From assembly GCA_950097015.1 (NCBI GenBank), contig CATNEN010000001.1, forward strand, positions 21,762,001-21,826,000: DNA of 64,000 nucleotides, in the 5' to 3' direction. The position numbers and the translations under genes are program-made. Under the pieces are notes generated by a model. It was not told the origin of the DNA. It did not search any database and saw only the letters and a program-made list of their open reading frames with translations. Positions 61,285 through 64,000 of the stretch are shown piece after piece. The first letter of the stretch is position 1. Each line of letters begins with the position of its first letter. Origin of the DNA: Macrostomum hystrix (taxonomy: Eukaryota; Animalia; Platyhelminthes).

Positions 61285-62869
61285 TACCTATATTTTATCT
61301 TTATGTGCCATATATACTATAGGCCTAATGCAGCATATCCCAGGGCACCATATTGCACTGAAATGACATTTGTCAATAACATGTCTTAACAATGCAGAGC
61401 TGCAGTGCAGCACAAAAACTGTTAAACTGTGCAGTGTAGTTGCTGCATAAATTTGAAATGCCACAACGGCACAACTTACAACTAGCAAGCTGTACCAAAC
61501 AAAAGACTACACCACACCTATTGACATAGCCTATTTATAAGGGTGTGCATCCATGTAATCAGGAGATTCATTCTAATCAGAAAATAATTATTAAATTACT
61601 AAATAGGCCTACAAAACACTCTCTTTGTATTTGTAGGCCTATAACTAAATATTAACTGGTTATAACACACTGACACTGTTATTTATTTAATCTGAAAATT
61701 AAATTTACGCTCCTATTAAAAAAACAACTTAAAACAGTTAGATTGCCTTGGCTGAGGCTAAGCTACAGCTATCAGTATAATTTCTAATTATAGTTACAAA
61801 GTATAAATGCAGATGTATCCATTGACATTGACATTGTATCTGATAAAATATTAAAAAGCTGTCGTCGTTCGTTAAACCATTTACTTTTAAGTCAAATGCC
61901 AACAAACATTGAAATTAGAATTTTTAGAAACTAAGGCTTATCTAACCAGCACTGCAGCTTGAGAAATTAAAAGAACGAAAAGGCTGTAAAGAAATTTTGC
62001 AGTAAAAAAGTAAAACATGACAGTTTTTGATTTAGTAAGCACTTTTTTCGTTTTCGTGCAGGTTTAAAGTAAAAGTTGAGGGTGGCGCAGACTTTACGAA
62101 TTCTGCGTGGTAGGCCTATGTCAAAAAGTTATGAACAGAGCACGCGGTGTTAACCATAAAATCCTCCTGAGCCAAATAAGCATCAAGTAATGAATCCTGT
62201 TAATTTTTTACTTTGTATGAAAACAATCACCACCCAAAGTGTTATATATGATGAAGTAATATTACAGTCATATTTTTATGCTTGTCAAGTTTCGAATATA
62301 CTTTACTCTATTGCACCATTTTATTGTCATTTGTGAACCAGTAGGCCCTTAGTAGAGGACTTATTAGCTATTTTTCAATACCTGTGGTCTATAACCAATC
62401 TATGGATTTTGTCAGTTTTTAAGAATCACCCTTACAAAAAAAAGAACGTTGTAAGTTTCTACTATTGTCATGCTTGCCAAGTTACAAAATATTTATAATG
62501 TTTTTACAATTTTATCGACTTGACTAATTCTGCATGAATTTCCCTTTGTGGCTTATATTTATTTATACTATACCTATTAGTGGCCTGAAAACGCCCATTT
62601 TACCTACTAATTTACTCTTAGTGGTAGCATCTCATTCTCTGACACAAGCTGTTTCTCTCTAAAGGCTTTCTTCTGGTATTGAATGAAATCTAAAATCCCC
62701 AGGGCATTGGAGAGTCCCCTGAATTGGAGAGTCAGCATAAACCTAGTGAGATAGGCCTTGTTTCCTAGAAATATTTTCCCGCGAAAATTAGTATTTTTGT
62801 TTAAATGCACCAACTTTTGTTTTAATGCACCGATTTTGTTTAAATTCACCGTGCATAAAATTTAAGAAG

Positions 62870-63528
62870 TTATAATGAAGTGAGGAGGAAGAAATTTGCT
62901 ATAAATACACGAGCAGAATCAGGGAGAAAAATAACGTTTTGTCTGCACATACGTTCTGATAAAGAAAGCTTGAATCTTTAAGTGTTCATGTTAAAGATTT
63001 ATTTGAAAGAGACATTGCGAAAGAAAAGTAACCAGAGTGGAGAATAGCTGTAACTCTAGATCCACTGGAAAGCCCAAGACGGACTGAAAGACTGAACTGA
63101 AGATTGAATTGAAGACTGAATGAAAGACTGAATGAAAGACTGAGTTGAAGACTGAATGAAAGACTGAATTAAAGACTGAATTAAAGATTGAATTTAAGAC
63201 TGAAATTGAAGAGTAATTGAAGAGTGATACAAACAGATAAAGACGAATAAAGACTGATATAGAAAAAGTTATAAGTAAACAAATAGAGGAGATAATACCG
63301 GCCATATTGTAAACGCTACCAGATTGAATACATAACGCTACCAATTTGAATTGAAATAAGAAGTATATAAAGTGAACAAAATTAAGAAACATAGTAAAAG
63401 GACAGTATTTTGAATAAAAGGAACTTTGGATAAACAACAGTACAAGATTATAATTGAAAAGACCTAGAACAACTTTGGTGTCAGCAGTGAGATCGTTAAT
63501 ATTAGCCCTGTAACAACTTTGGTGGCAG
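62870..63528 (+). mobile_element. Possible LTR 3' part with primer-binding-site-like sequences
   Basis: TATAAATA near 62901, 12-bp internal repeats (GAAAGACTGAAT), AATAAA, TGGTGTCAGCAGTGAGAT at 63476-63493 and TGGTGGCAG at 63520. 5' boundary unknown. Confidence 0.35.
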
Positions 63529-64000
63529 TTTTAGAATTAATAATCCAGTAAGAAGATAGCCCTACGACACTAGTCTTAGCCTACACTTAGACACAAATTC
63601 CTAAGTTTGTCTTTTTACACTATTGGCTAAATGCTTTCTCAGTTCTTGGTTGGTACACATTGATTTTATTTCAATACTGTCATCCTTATTTATAGTAAGA
63701 GCAAGCAGTTTTTTATATCTATAGCAATAAGAAATTATGGCATTCTAACTTTTTAATATATAAAATTATTGTAACACTTTTATATCATTGAGTTACAGAA
63801 ATATTTAAAATATTTATAACATTTATAGACCACTACATATATCACAGAACAAGCCTTGTAAGCAACAGTTTGCTTCATGTTACACTTTTCATATAGATAG
63901 ATAAGTATTTTTCTTAAAAAACTCTAAAATTTAATTTGTTTAAATTCAGACTCCAATTTATTAGCCAATCAGATCCCAGCCTTTCAAAAGGCCAAAAAAG

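Overview
This is eukaryotic (invertebrate animal) genomic DNA: GC-rich exons with GT-AG introns, AT-rich spacers and an extreme load of intronic minisatellites. That pattern recalls the flatworm Macrostomum, but the species is an inference only. Genes reconstructed from splice signals: two different signal-peptide-bearing ANF-receptor (receptor guanylyl cyclase-type) ligand-binding N-termini on the minus strand (22702-22326 + 7391-6973; and 4158-3390), Rab5 (-), UQCRC2-like (+), a ZPBP/Sp38-like Ig + Cys-rich membrane protein (-, apparently frameshifted), a short-prodomain caspase with QACRI (-), NDUFAF7 (-), a stand-alone WRN-type exonuclease with a Ku-binding motif (-) and UBE2J2/Ubc6 (-). 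Mobile DNA: a young 5'-truncated RTE-like LINE, a Penelope-like fragment with a hammerhead ribozyme nested in a hAT-type MITE, a MULE-type MITE, three tRNA-derived SINE families and possible LTR remnants. Most interesting observation: the two receptor N-termini end at the same homologous, same-phase splice donor. Each has its own TATA-like promoter and no constant exons are visible between them, which suggests a protocadherin/UGT1-like 'variable 5' exons + shared constant region' receptor locus continuing off the left edge. All coordinates were read by eye; no searches were run.
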